A DNA stretch of 64,000 bases from the human T2T-CHM13v2.0 reference genome, Homo sapiens, in assembly GCF_009914755.1 (NCBI RefSeq), contig NC_060925.1. The stretch is one strand, 5' to 3'. A program made the translations under genes and the position numbers. Below are positions 1-14,412 of the stretch, piece by piece. The notes under the pieces were generated by a model that was not told the origin of the DNA, ran no database searches, and worked only from the letters and a program-made list of their open reading frames with translations. Position 1 is the stretch's first letter. The number at the start of each line of letters is the position of its first letter.

Positions 1-338
1 CAGCTGGGGGGGGTCATCTGATCCAGGCTGGGCTTAGCTGGGCAACTCCCAGCTGTGGGTTTGGCCTGAGTCAGCTATACATTTGCCTCACTCTCCTGGA
101 TCCAGCCAACTAACTGGATATGTTCTTCTCATGGCAGTGGCAGCCTCTTGAGGCCTAGCTCAAGCTGGCACCACATGATTTCTGCCTTTTTCCACTGGCC
201 AGTGCAAATCACCTGACCAAGCTCAAAGTTAAAGGCCAGGGAAATATACTTTGCCTTAGGAGGAAGAACTACAAAGCCATGTGGAAAGCACATACATACA
301 GGGAGAGGTAAAGTGAGGCCAATAGTGCAATCTACAAA
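1..338 (-). mobile_element. Old MaLR LTR fragment (MLT1-type), truncated by window edge
   Basis: Blocks typical of reverse-strand MLT1 LTRs (TTCCACTGGCCAGTGCAAATCACCTGACCAAGCTCAA; end GGCCAATAGTGCAATCTACA). Recognised by recall. Confidence 0.55.
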
Positions 339-1744
339 AGGAATGAGTCTCACAGGGTTTCATAGTTGATGGGACCCTTTCTCACACTTTCTTAATTTAC
401 TCTTCATAATAACCCTGAGACATGGTGATTACATCTCCATTTTATAAGTGAAGAAATTAGAACTCAGAAAGAAGAGACATGCCAAGATCACACGATCATT
501 AAACATAAAAGTGGGTACACCAAGCTCTTCATCCAACCTTAAGTCCAGAATCTTTGTCATAACCCCAATTCTGGCTTTCCTTAAGGAGATCCTATGAAAC
601 TTGGGATTTGTGAAAGAGTCCCCCATTACTGGTGTCCAGTGACAAATTTTATGGAAGGCAAAAAGAGCCTTGGTTTTCTTAACCATAAAATAAAAGATCT
701 GGAAGAAATCAGGAGCAGCAAAATTCTGGCACACATGCTGCCAACAGCCACTCCCACATTCATGGCAGGCATCACCAATCAATGACAGCACTCTTTCCTC
801 ATAAGCCTCAGAATCTTTCTCCATACAGCACTGCAAACAGCCACTGTTATTGAGCTAGAGAGGACACAGAAGATGAACACTATTTGTAAATGTTGTGTAA
901 ACCTTTTCTGAGTCCCATTCAGCCCCAAATGCCTATGATTCTGAAACTAACAACACTGTGGAACGACAGTGTGGAGAGGACACTGGATGGGATCAGAATT
1001 GATTCTAGTCCAAGCTCTGCTATAGCTGTGACCTAGAAAAGACATTAGACTTCTCTGAGCACGGTTGCATCAGTTTTGTGACCTCAAAAACCGTTTACTT
1101 TAATTCCATAAACATCAACTGAGTGCCTATTGTGTGCCAAACACTGCTATCAAGGGACTAAAGAAATAAATGAGACATCTATTATGAATGAGACTGCCTC
1201 CCTTGGAAGGAAGGCAGGGGAATCAGGGGATGCTCTGATTTCTGAGGTCCAGTTCAATGCCAATATTTCACCAACATTAAAAAGCGCAAGATATTACCAT
1301 GGGACTCATAGATCCTGCAGGCTCCCCAAGCTTGAAGATCTCCTCCCAGGAAGGAGCATGGGGTTTTTGATGAGAGGATCTGACCTCAGAGCAGGGATTA
1401 CCATGTTCTACTGTTCTCCATGGCTCCCAGAGTAAAAGGCAAATGCTTTTCTAAGCCAAACCTTTCCAGGTTCATCTTTCAGATTTTAGGGTCCGATAGA
1501 CCTGAGTATGAATCCCATCTCTGTTGCTTACTCTTCTTATAACCTTGGGTCATCTAGTTACTTGCTGATCATCTGGTTTTCTTACAAGAAAATGGGGAGA
1601 ACAATCATCACTGCCACGTGTGGTTGTCTTGTATATTATTAAACAAGCAACTCTATGCAAATAACTGCAACACACAGATGTTCTAAAAGAGTTCACATCT
1701 CTTTCCTTCCTCTTCTTCACACGTCCCATGCCCCAGCTCAGAGC

Positions 1745-1934
1745 TTCCCACCCTAGTTGCACAAGAGTCTCTGGTGGGCTTTTAAAAAATAGAGATGCCC
1801 AAGATCCCCACCCAGACCAAGGGAATCAGAACTTGTGGGGATGGAGATCAGGGAATTATGTTTATTGAACCTACACGCACCCTGCCCCTGTCAGATGATG
1901 TTAAGTGCAGTCACAGTTGAGAACCACTGCTCTA
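1745..1934. mobile_element. MER5-type hAT-Charlie DNA transposon relic
   Basis: CCCCACCCAGACC...GAATCAGAA core and terminal GTTGAGAACCACTGCTCTA typical of MER5A/B. Confidence 0.65.
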
Positions 1935-1936
1935 AC

Positions 1937-1967
1937 TGCATTAGTCCAGAGAAACAGAACCAATAGA

Positions 1968-2006
<39 letters not shown>

Positions 2007-2436
2007 CACATATACATGTAAGCTACAGGTAAGTATATATGTGTACATATATACAAAGAGATTTATTATAAGGAATTGGCCCACACATTTATGAATGCTG
2101 AGAAGTCTCAAGATCTGCAGTTAGCAAGCTGGAGACCCAGAAGAGCCGATGGTGTAAGTTCCAGTCCAGGTCTGAAGGCAAGAGGAGACCAATGTCCCAG
2201 CTCAAAGACAGGAAGAGAGAAAGCATTCTTTCTTACTCAGACTTTTTGTTAGATTAAGGCCTTCAGTGGACTGGATGAGGCCCACCCACATAGGGAAGGG
2301 CCACCTGCTTTACGCAGTCCACCCATCATGTATTACCTCACGCAGAAACACCCTCACACACATTCCCGGAACAACATTTGACAGGACATCTGGGCGCCCC
2401 ATGGCCTGTCAAGTTGACACAAAATTAACTGTCACA
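1937..2436 (-). mobile_element. MLT2 (ERVL) solo LTR with internal (TACATA)n tract
   Basis: Starts TGCATTAGTC..AGAGAAACAGAACCAATAG, contains GAGATTTATTATAAGGAATTGG, ends GTCAAGTTGACACAAAATTAACTGTCACA, the reverse complement of MLT2 termini. (TACATA)n at about 1968-2020. Confidence 0.8.
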
Positions 2437-3750
2437 TTGGTTCAGCCAGCTTTTCCTCACTCCCCAGATAAAAGCAGCATTTCCCTACTTCCCTGGCTTT
2501 GCTCACAGAGTTCTTTCTGCCTAAGGAAAGTTTCCCAGCCCCATCTTTGCTAACCAAACTCAACTCAACCCAACACAAATGGTCCAGTTCCCTCCTCCAG
2601 GGATCCTCTCATGAGCCTCTTCTGGATTTCTGGAGGAGGAGCCGCTCCAGAATGACCCAGATGGTGCCATCCCTTCCACACAAGCACTTACCCTTTGAGG
2701 GCACCTGTGCAAAGCTTCCCCCACCCCCACGAGGCAGGATGAGCAAACGGGGCAAACCATGGGGGAACTCTAGGAAAGGGTCCATCCAGGGAGTGCTGTT
2801 TGAGTTACCTGCTACTGTTGTTCAGTGACAAATACAGTTTGAGTAAACTAACAAAATAACTGGAATGTCTCCCAACAGTCCTGTAGAATTGACTGAAGTC
2901 ACATAATGCAATTACACAAATTTTTGTTGTTCACACCTCCACCCTTGTCCACCTACTGCAAACTCCAGGCCCCTCGAATGTGACCCCTTTGCCTTATGGA
3001 AATGTCCAACGGTCATGCAGACTAACATGTGCTCCCAAGTAGTGTTCCTATGTTTTCTGTTCCTGTCCCCTTCAGAGGCATCTCGGTTGGAACCCCAACA
3101 TGTCCCTGTTGCCAGTGCCCTCAGGAAGAACATCCTTCACTTTGCAGAATGCTGTATTCAGAGAATCCAAACACCACAGTCCCGGCAGTCCCTCCTAATC
3201 CAAAGCCATTTTGCTCCCAGGAAAGGTGGGAGGGAGGCTTTTGTACTCCACTCTGTTCTGCACAGGCCTCTGGGCTACAAAACCATGCTGTCTGTGTCTT
3301 CGGTCCCTGGGCCACTAGAAAACCCAGCTCGCCCCCTGGGACTCCAGTTCCCTGAGCTGGGCAGCGCTGGACTCCAGCTGCCTTCTCAGTTCCTTACCTC
3401 TGCCTCTACAGTTCTGCATACAAACCTTGCCCCAGGTCAATAAACCCATGCAACTGGATGAATCCCCAAGATGTGGCCTGCCCAGGTTCAGACATGACTG
3501 AATTTCCATTTAGGCTTACTGGCACCACAATAATCATTCTTCAAAATCTAGGCAGGGGGAAGAAGCACTTTGGACAAAATAGCCCAGTTGCTGCAAGATG
3601 CTATGAGTCTGATCCCCACCAGCCTTGGGTTTATTCCCCAGTAGATACCCTCTTCCAGCTCTGTGCATTATCCTTAGAGGAACAGGAGGGTCCTCATCTT
3701 TGGGAACTTTCTCCCATTCATGCTTTGCTTTATTCAAATATCTAAAATTA

Positions 3751-4055
<305 letters not shown>

Positions 4056-4404
4056 CTAAAGTGAGTCCCATTCACATTTTCTCTGTTTCATCCTCTGGAT
4101 TATGATCACTCATTTGCTACATTCCTCAGAGGACTCAGTAGCCCCCCTTTTTTTTCAGTGTATTGGCCACATCACCAAGACCCACTCCCATAAAAATAGT
4201 ATTGTTGATTTCTATCAGGAGCGGGCGACCTTGTTTGCCCACAGCTGTGCTAGTGCCTGTTAAGCTCACTTCAGCTCCAGCTTCTCCCCCTTTTCTTCCA
4301 TACACCCCTTGGAGCACGTCAGGACACCTGGAAGATGAGTAGTGCAAGGAAATTTTCACCCTGCCTCAACTACCCACCACAGCAAATGGCCATCCATCAG
4401 CAGG

Positions 4405-4800
4405 GATGTGGATACGTGTGCGCACATGCCCCAGGCGTACTTCGTGGTTGCTGTGCCTATACATGCGTGTGGTATGTGTCTTGACTGTGTGGATGGTGTT
4501 TGGGTGCCTGTGTACATGTTATGTAGAGCGTACACTGCATGTTTGTGGAATAGTGTGTGTGGATGACTCACATGTATTTGACGTGTGGCTCGCTTGCATG
4601 TATGGTGTTTTGGGAGCCTGGGTACACATGTATGTGGAGCATATACTGCATGTGTGTGGAAACCAATGGCTCATCTGTGCATGGTGTGGGTCTCTGCCAT
4701 ATAATACATTCGCTGTTTGAGCTTGTGTGCTGTGTATGCTGTGTCTGTCTTTGGGGAGGTGGCATGCATGTATTTGGGTGGTGTGTGTGTGTGTGTTTGA
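4405..4800. repeat. Degenerate TG-rich low-complexity tract ending in (TG)n
   Basis: About 400 bp of TGTG/TATG/CATG units; (TG)n at about 4781-4796. Confidence 0.8.
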
Positions 4801-5099
4801 GAGGATGAGAGATGGGATCTATAAGGAAACCACACTGACCTGGAAGGAGGTAATTGGGTCCTTTCTAGGATGAGTCTCTCAGGCCTGCCCAAATGCAGAG
4901 AAATGCTAGGAGCAGGAGCTATTCGGAAAGGGGGCCCGAGGTGAAGATGGACTATAGACTGATCCCAAGAGGATAACATATGAGTCAGGGCAAGGCTCAG
5001 GAGACCTGGAGGAAGGGGTGGGGGCTCAGAGTGGGGGTCTGGCCCTCCACTGGAACAGACAAAAGCAAGGGGTGGCTCAAAACAGAAAGACAAGGAAGG

Positions 5100-5330
5100 C
5101 AGTCACCCAGCATAGCCTTTAGGAAGTGTGGCATACAAAGACTTGGGTTCAAATCCTGGCCTCTACCACTTCCTAGTTGTGTGACCACAGGCAATTGATT
5201 TAACTTCACTCAGCCTCAGTGTCCTCATCCACAAAATGGACTGCTATAAAGATGAAAATAACAATATATAAAAGGCTTAACACAGTGCCTGGTACACAGA
5301 AAGCACCAAGGAGGTACTCATTGCTGTTGC
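5100..5330. mobile_element. MIR SINE
   Basis: GACTTGGGTTCAAATCCTGGCCTCTACCACTTCCTAGTTGTGTGACC...CCTCAGTGTCCTCATC MIR core. Many similar MIR fragments occur across the window (e.g. about 19.6-20.15, 20.8-21.0, 22.3-22.55, 28.0-28.3, 29.9-30.1, 46.4-46.85, 52.8-53.0, 56.15-56.3, 57.6-57.8 kb). Confidence 0.8.
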
Positions 5331-6599
5331 TTGTGACTGTTATTTTCCTCCCAGCCCCATCATTGCTGGTATCTCAGCCCTACCAGACCAGGAGCCCATG
5401 GAGGGTTGCACCACCATCTCCACCAGTCATGCAATCTTAGTCCTGGGATGCATGTCCCTCAGGGAGCACCCACAGTCTCCCTCCTGCTCCCCTGTCTGTC
5501 TTGGAGCCTGCCTGCTAGAGCAGCTGTTGTCTGGGGGGGATGACATGTGTGTATGGGTTGATGGGGGAGCTTGAGGACAGCTGCCTACCCTGGGGATGGA
5601 CCTTCACCCAGCCTCTTCCCACAGCCAAATCCTGGGGAGCATTTGTTCATTCATGTATTCATCCATGGATTGAGAACCTGCCAGGAGCTCTTCTAGGAGC
5701 TGGGAACATGACGGTGATTGCAATAGAGGCTGTAGGTGTTTGGGCATTCCAGTATCACATACCAGTTTTAAGTATCAAAATATTAATATTTTTGTTGATT
5801 TAATACCATTATTTCCATTTTTTAAAAAACTTGAAATCTGAATTACTTATATTTTGGAAGCTGCCCAAAAAGTTATACACAGATCAAGATTTCTAATCAG
5901 CTCCAGGAGCACTCCTTTAGAAACCCATCTGTCCATATTTCTCCCCTGCTGTTGTTATATCCCAAGACCTGGATGGTTAGTTGGTTTGTTGGTCATTGCA
6001 TTTTCCTTTGGTGGGTTGCTTTTGAGTGTTATTACTAATTTAAACTTCAAAAGCTAGTCTGGGTTCTGCTGTTCCTCCAAGGACCCTGGTGGAGTCTCCT
6101 TAGAATGAGAAGGAGCGGTCAATTATGGCGAACAAGAGGAGGATATGGTAGCAGGACTGGGGGGCAAAGAGAGGAGAGGGAATGGTATTTCCAGGTCTTC
6201 CCACCTTCCTTTCCCGTGGGCTAGATTGTCTCTGCTCCCCTCCCAGAAAAGGGCCAGATCCCCTGTCAGTGTCATGGCCCGTAGGTGGTTTATTTTAGTT
6301 TATTTTAACCATCATGCTCCTCAAAGAACAAAATTGCCTCAGTTCTTTACCTCTGGCTTTCTCTCGGGAGGAAGTTAGGACAAAGTATAGAAGACCTTGG
6401 TGTCCATATCTTACCTTTGTAATAAAATGCCAATATTTTGATCTTTCTCAAAATGTCATGTCATTTTGATCCATTGCAATACCCACTGTAGTACAATAAA
6501 GAGAAAGATACCTACCCTTGAGGAATTTATATTTTAGTTGGGGAGACACAATAAAGAAATGAGCATATACATAAAATAATTTCAGATTGTGATATAGGC

Positions 6600-7146
6600 T
6601 AGATCATTTCGCTTTTGCCGCATAACCAACCTGCTAATGTTTTATGATTTCTTAAATTTATTCTTACTGATCAGTTAGCTTTTGCTGTATAACCAGCCAT
6701 GCTAATATTTTATGATTTCTTAAAATGATAATTCATTTTTGCTCATGAGTCTATAGATGACTTCACAGTTTTATTGGTCTAGTCTGGGCTCCTTCATGTG
6801 TCTGCAATTGGTCTGTATCTGGAGAAAGCTGGCTATTGGCTAGAGGATCTCAGTTTTCCTCCACGTGTTCTCCCATCCTCCACCAAGCTAGCTCAGGCTC
6901 CTTCACATGGCAGTTGCAGGGATCCAAGAGTAAGTGTGAAAGACTGTGAGGCTCTAGAGCTGACATGCCTTTACTTCTAAAACATTCTTTTGGCCAAAGT
7001 AAGTCATAAGTCCAGCTCAGATCAAGGAATAGGGAAACCAACCCCATCTCTTGATGGAAAGTGCTACAAAGTCACATCAATGCTGCAAAGAGACACCAAT
7101 AAAGGGAAGGATGGAAAATTGTGGCCATTTTTGCAATTAACAAACA
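6600..7146 (-). mobile_element. Old MaLR LTR (MLT1-type) with a duplicated end segment
   Basis: AACATTCTTTTGGCCAAAGTAAGTCATAAG...CCCATCTCTTGATGG...GTGGCCATTTTTGCAAT; imperfect duplication at 6602-6656 / 6669-6724. Confidence 0.65.
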
Positions 7147-7169
7147 TGGTTTATTAAAAAAAAAAGTTG

Positions 7170-8650
7170 GGGGGAGTAATGGGATGTGAAAGCAACATGG
7201 GTCAGACGCCTCTTCATATTAGGTGGTCAGAGAAGACCTCTCTCAAGAAATAATATTTGAGGTGAGACATAAGTGATAAGAAAGAAAAGCCCTGCTTTAA
7301 AGATTAGGTTGATGAGCACAAAAAGCAGAGAGAGTAGCATGGGCAAAAGTCCTCAGCAGAAAAAAAAAAATCATAATTGTGTTCAGGATTTAGAAAGAAG
7401 CTGGGTCTTACAGGAGTAGATGGATGGAAGTGAGAATACTAGGGGATTAAGTTACGGAGAGAGGCAGAGAACAATCATATTTGGTCTTATGGATTATGGT
7501 GAGATATTTATATTCATTTTAAATGTGATCAGAAGCCACTGGAGGGTTTTAAGCAAAGAAATAAAATTATGTGATTGAAAATTTGAGAAGGTCACTTTGG
7601 CTGCTGTGAGAAGAATAGGCTAAAGTAGAAACAGACAAGCGTAGAAGCAGAAAAATCGTGTAGGAGACTATTGTAATAGTGCAGGCGAGAAATGATCATG
7701 GCAGAGACTAAAGTGGTAGCAGTGAAGGTGGTAAGAGGTGAGATGCTCTGGAATATATTTTTGAAGCCAAACCTTCAGGACTTATGAACAGACTTGCTGT
7801 TAGAGGAAAAGGAAAAAAAAAATGGAAAAGATGACTCCAAAGATCTTGTCTTGAGTTTCTGAGTAAACGATGAGTGCTATGGTCTAAATGTTTATGTGCC
7901 CAAAATTCCTATGTTGACATCTTTACCCCCCAAAAGTGATGGTATTAGGAGGTGGGGCATTTTGGAAATTGATTAGGTTATGACGACAGAGTCCTCATAA
8001 ATGAGATTAGTGCCCTTTTGTTAATATTATAAAAGAGGCCCAAGGGAGCTTCTTTGTGCCTTCTGCCATGTAAGATTACAATGAGAAGATGTCCATCTGT
8101 GAAGGAAACAGACCCTTAGCAGACACCAAATCTTCTGATACCTTGATCAGGGACTTCCTATCCTCCAAAACTGTGAAAAATAAATTTCTGTTATTTATAA
8201 GCCACCCAGTCTGCGGTATTTTATTACAGCAGCCCAAACAGACTAAGACAATGAGTTACTGGATAAACCACATTACTGGGCTAAAAAAGACTGTGGGAGG
8301 AACATGAGAAAGATGAGGGTAATTCTGAAGCTTTCCTGTGGGCTTGTTAGGTAGCATAGTGGACATCCCAGAAACATCAAATAGAAAGTCAGATGTGTGA
8401 GACTGGAGCTCAGCGGGAGGTTGGGCTGTAGATATCCATTTAAGAGTCAATCATATCCAGCAAAAGGCTAGATGAATCTACCAATGGAGAGAATGAATAG
8501 AAAATAGAAGGGGGCCTAAGACTGAGGCACAGGGAATGCTAATATTTATAAGTAGATTATTAAGAGAATTTTTAAAATGAGATGGAGTGGCCAGCAAAGT
8601 GAGAGAACAAAAAAGAAAAATAAGGTGTTCCAAGAAGGAAGGAGTGATCA
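7170..8650 (-). mobile_element. L2 LINE remnant, interrupted by an MLT1A-like LTR
   Basis: L2 hallmarks (GGTGGTCAGAGAAGACCTCTCT, AAGCCACTGGAGGGTTTTAAGCA, GTCACTTTGGCTGCTGTG, GGAGACTATTGTAATAGTGCAGGCGAGA, GACTGGAGCTCAG). Confidence 0.7.
7875..8250 (+). mobile_element. MaLR solo LTR (MLT1A-like)
   Basis: TG...CA termini (TGCTATGGTCTAAATG...GACTAAGACA) with perfect 5-bp TSD ATGAG (7870-7874, 8251-8255). Confidence 0.88.
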
Positions 8651-10154
8651 CTTGTGCTTCCAGCCAAGATGGAGTAACAGAGACCAGACATCCTCACACC
8701 GTAAGCAATAAGAATACCAGAGCATTGTTTCACAGCTTTTTATTCACGCAATAAGCAGCACAGAAATTCCATCCCTGAGAGAAGGGAAACAAGGCACCAG
8801 CTCACTGCATAGAGGCAGTTTTCAGGTCTTAGCAAAGAGAATGGGGACCAAAACAGAACCCAGCAGTCTGACTGAGTTGAGAGGTTAGAGATGAAAGTTC
8901 AGGAAGCCAAGGAAGCTACTGTAATGCAGAGTACCAGATAGGAGGGACCTACACAGAGGGAGAGTTTCAGAGGTCTGTAGAAATGTCCTTGCAAGTCTAT
9001 GACTGAGTACTGATCTATACATGCATAAGAGGAAACTACCCAAAGATGCAGAAAGAACCATAAGCAAAAAACAGGCTGACTAATTCTAATTCCCAGAGCT
9101 CACACAGAACTGGGAATAGACATCCTAATACCTGGAGCATTGGGTAGAAGCCACAGAAGGGAATTGCCTTAGTATTGGTGCTTAATTATGCCTAGACTAA
9201 AAGTTGCTTTGGACCTACCATAACAAACGTAAAAGGGTTGAAAAGATCCAATTCATTTCAAGTAACCAAGCACCAGAAAAAAAAAACCAACACTATTTAA
9301 TTAAGTAAAAATAAAACCAGCAATCAACAAACAATATCTTTGTTTGATCTTCTTGGAATCCCATTAGAAGATCAAATAATAATACCTAGCATTGAATAAA
9401 AAATTACCAGGTATGCAAAAAAAAAAAGAAAATTTTTTCTCCATAACCAGAAGAAAAATCAATCAATAGAAACAGACCCACAAATGGTGAAACTAGCAGA
9501 CAAGGAAAGTAAAACAGCTATTACAAATATACTACGTTTTTCAGTTAGGTAGAGAAAAATATGACCATGATAAGAAGAAAAATAGAAGATAGAAAAAAGA
9601 AGCAAATGGAAATTCTAGAGATTAAAAAATACAGTGTATTAAATGAAAAATGACAGATTTGACACTGCAGAAGAAAAAGACCAATGACCCTGAACACCCT
9701 AGCAATATAAACTATCCAAAATGAAGCACTAAAAGAAAAGAGATTGGGAAAAAAAATCCATTGGTGACCTTTAGAACAATATCAAGCAGTCTAATATATG
9801 TGTAATTGGAGTCCCGAGGTGGGAAAAAAGGAGGAGCAGAAAGGCTATTCGAAAAAAAAAGACAAAATTTTTTTCAAATTTGGTGAAAACTATAAAACCA
9901 CCAACGTAGGAAGCATAATGAACTCCAAGCTGAAGAAATCTAAAGGAAACCATTCCAAGGTACATCATAACCAAAATGCTGAAAATCATGATTAAAAACA
10001 AAAAATCTTAAAGGCAGGCAGGCATTTTATGCACAGAAAAGCAAAGATTAAACTGATAGCAAATTTTATGTCGGAAAGGCATGCAAGCCAGAAGAAAATA
10101 GAAAGACATCATTAAGGTACTGAAAGAAAAAGAAAAAAAAATCTGTCAATGTAG

Positions 10155-10463
<309 letters not shown>

Positions 10464-10948
10464 TAGAATTTTTTACCGAGCAAAAAAATCTTTCAAATCT
10501 AAAGGTGAAATAAAACTGTTTAGACAACCAAAAACTAAAACAAGTTATCGCCTGCAGAGCTGTTCTACAAGAAATGGTCCAAGAAGTTCTGCAGGCAGAA
10601 AGAAATAATACCAGATGGAAATTTGGATCAACACAAAAGAATGAAAGAGCAGCAGAAATGGTAAATATGTGGGTAAATATAAAAGGCTTTCTTTTTTCTC
10701 ATTTTGAATCTCGTTAGAAGAGTATTTGTGTTTTAATAAAAAGTAACAACAATGTACTGTGGAAGTTATAGCATGTGTACAAGTAACATGTATTAAAACA
10801 ATAGCAAAAAAAAAAGGATGAGGGAAATAAGAGTATACTGTTGTAAACTTCTTACATTGTATAAAGTGGTATAATACTATTTGAAACATTTGACTGTGAT
10901 GAGAGAAAGATGCATATATATAAACCTTGGAGTCACCACTTAAAACTA

Positions 10949-11004
10949 TTAGGTTGGTGCAAAAGGTTGTGGCAAAAACCGCAATTACTTTCACACCAAC
11001 CTAA
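10949..11004. mobile_element. MADE1 (Hsmar1-derived mariner MITE), internally deleted
   Basis: Inverted termini TTAGGTTGGTG...CACCAACCTAA, TA TSD on both sides (10947-48, 11005-06), right arm GGCAAAAACCGCAATTACTTT intact; 56 bp versus about 80 bp consensus. Confidence 0.9.
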
Positions 11005-11177
11005 TACAACAAAGAGAAGATAAGCCAATACTGAAGATTAAAATGAAATTTTTTTAACTCATTTATTACAAAAGAATGCAAGGAAAGAGGGGAAAAAGGA
11101 ACAAGGAACAAATGAGGAAATAAAAAAGAAATAGGAAGATGGTAGAGTTAAACCCATTTATATCAGTAACTTTATTA

Positions 11178-11540
<363 letters not shown>

Positions 11541-11875
11541 TTATCCACAAGAAACCAACTTTAAATATAAGGACACATATAGGTTAAAAGTGCAAGGATG
11601 TAAAAAATACACCATGTTAACACTAATTCAAAAAATTTATAAGAAGTAGATTTTCAGAAAAATCTCACACTTAGAGAATACACCACTCAACAACAGAAGA
11701 ATACATATTCTTTTTAAGTTCACATGAAACATTCACCAAGATCATATCTGGGTACAAAATAAGTCTCAAACTTAATATGATTAAACTCAAGCAAAGTATG
11801 CTTGCTGACCACAATGAATTTAAACTAGAAGTCAATAACAAAGACATCTTTTAACTGAAAATCCCTCAAATGTTT

Positions 11876-11888
11876 GAAAATTAAACAA
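11876..11888 (+). repeat. Left target-site duplication of the HSPA5 retrocopy (partner at 14447-14459)
   Basis: Identical 13-mer GAAAATTAAACAA on both sides; TTT/GAAAA context resembles an L1 endonuclease site. Confidence 0.92.
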
Positions 11889-11890
11889 TA

Positions 11891-13028
<1,138 letters not shown>

Positions 13029-13132
13029 TGAAATTGAGTCCTTCTATGAAGGAGAAGACTTTTCTGAGACCCTGACTCAGGCCAAATTTGAAGAGCTCAA
13101 CTGGATCTGTTCCAGTCTACTATGAAGCCTAG

Positions 13133-13528
<396 letters not shown>

Positions 13529-14406
13529 TGACAAAAGACAATCATCTTCTGGGTACATTTGATCTGACTGGAATTCCTCCTGCTCCTTGTGGGGTCCCAC
13601 AGATTGAAGTCACCTTTGAGATGGATGTGAGTGATATTCTTCAAGTGACAGCTAAAGACAAGGGTACAAGGTACAAAAATAAGATCACAATTACCAACGA
13701 CCAGAATCACCTGACACCTGAAGATATTGAAAGGATGGTTAATGATGCTGAGAAGTTTGCTGAGGAAGACAAAAAGCTCAAGGAGTGCACTGATACTAGA
13801 AATGAGTTGGAAAGCTATGCCTATTCTCTAAAGAATCAGATTGGAGATAAAGAAAAGCTGGGAGGTAAACTTTCCTCTGAAGATAAGGAGACCATGGAAA
13901 AAACTGTAGAAGAAAAGACTGAATGGCTGGAAAGCCACCAAGATGCTGACACTGAAGACTTCAAAGCTAAGAAGAAGGAACTGGAAGAAATTGTTCAACC
14001 AATTATCAGCAAACTCTATGGAAGCGCAGGCCCTCCCCCAACTGGGGAAGAGGATACAGCAGAAAAAGATGAGTTGTAGACACTGATCTGCTAGTGCTGT
14101 AATATTGTAAATACTGGACTCAGGAACTTTCGTTAGGAAAAAATAGAGAGAACTTAAGTCTCAAATGTAATTGGAATCTTCACCTCAGAGTGGAGTTGAA
14201 AATGCTATAGCCCAAGCGGCTGTTTACTGCTTTTCATTAGCAGTTGCTCACATGTCTTTGGACGGGTCAGGAGAAGAAGAATTGGCCATCTTAAAAAGTG
14301 GGTAAAAAGCCTGGGTTAGGGTGTGTATTCACCTTCAAAATGTTCTATTTAACAATTGGGTCATGTGCATCTGGTGTAGGAAGTTTTTTCTACCATAAGT
14401 GACACC

Positions 14407-14412
14407 AATAAA
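14407..14412 (+). terminator. Polyadenylation signal of the retrocopied mRNA
   Basis: AATAAA 14 nt upstream of the A-rich tail starting at 14427. Confidence 0.85.

Noticed and set aside
4342-4808. Cys/Val-rich overlapping ORFs
   Set aside because: Artefact of the TG-rich low-complexity tract.
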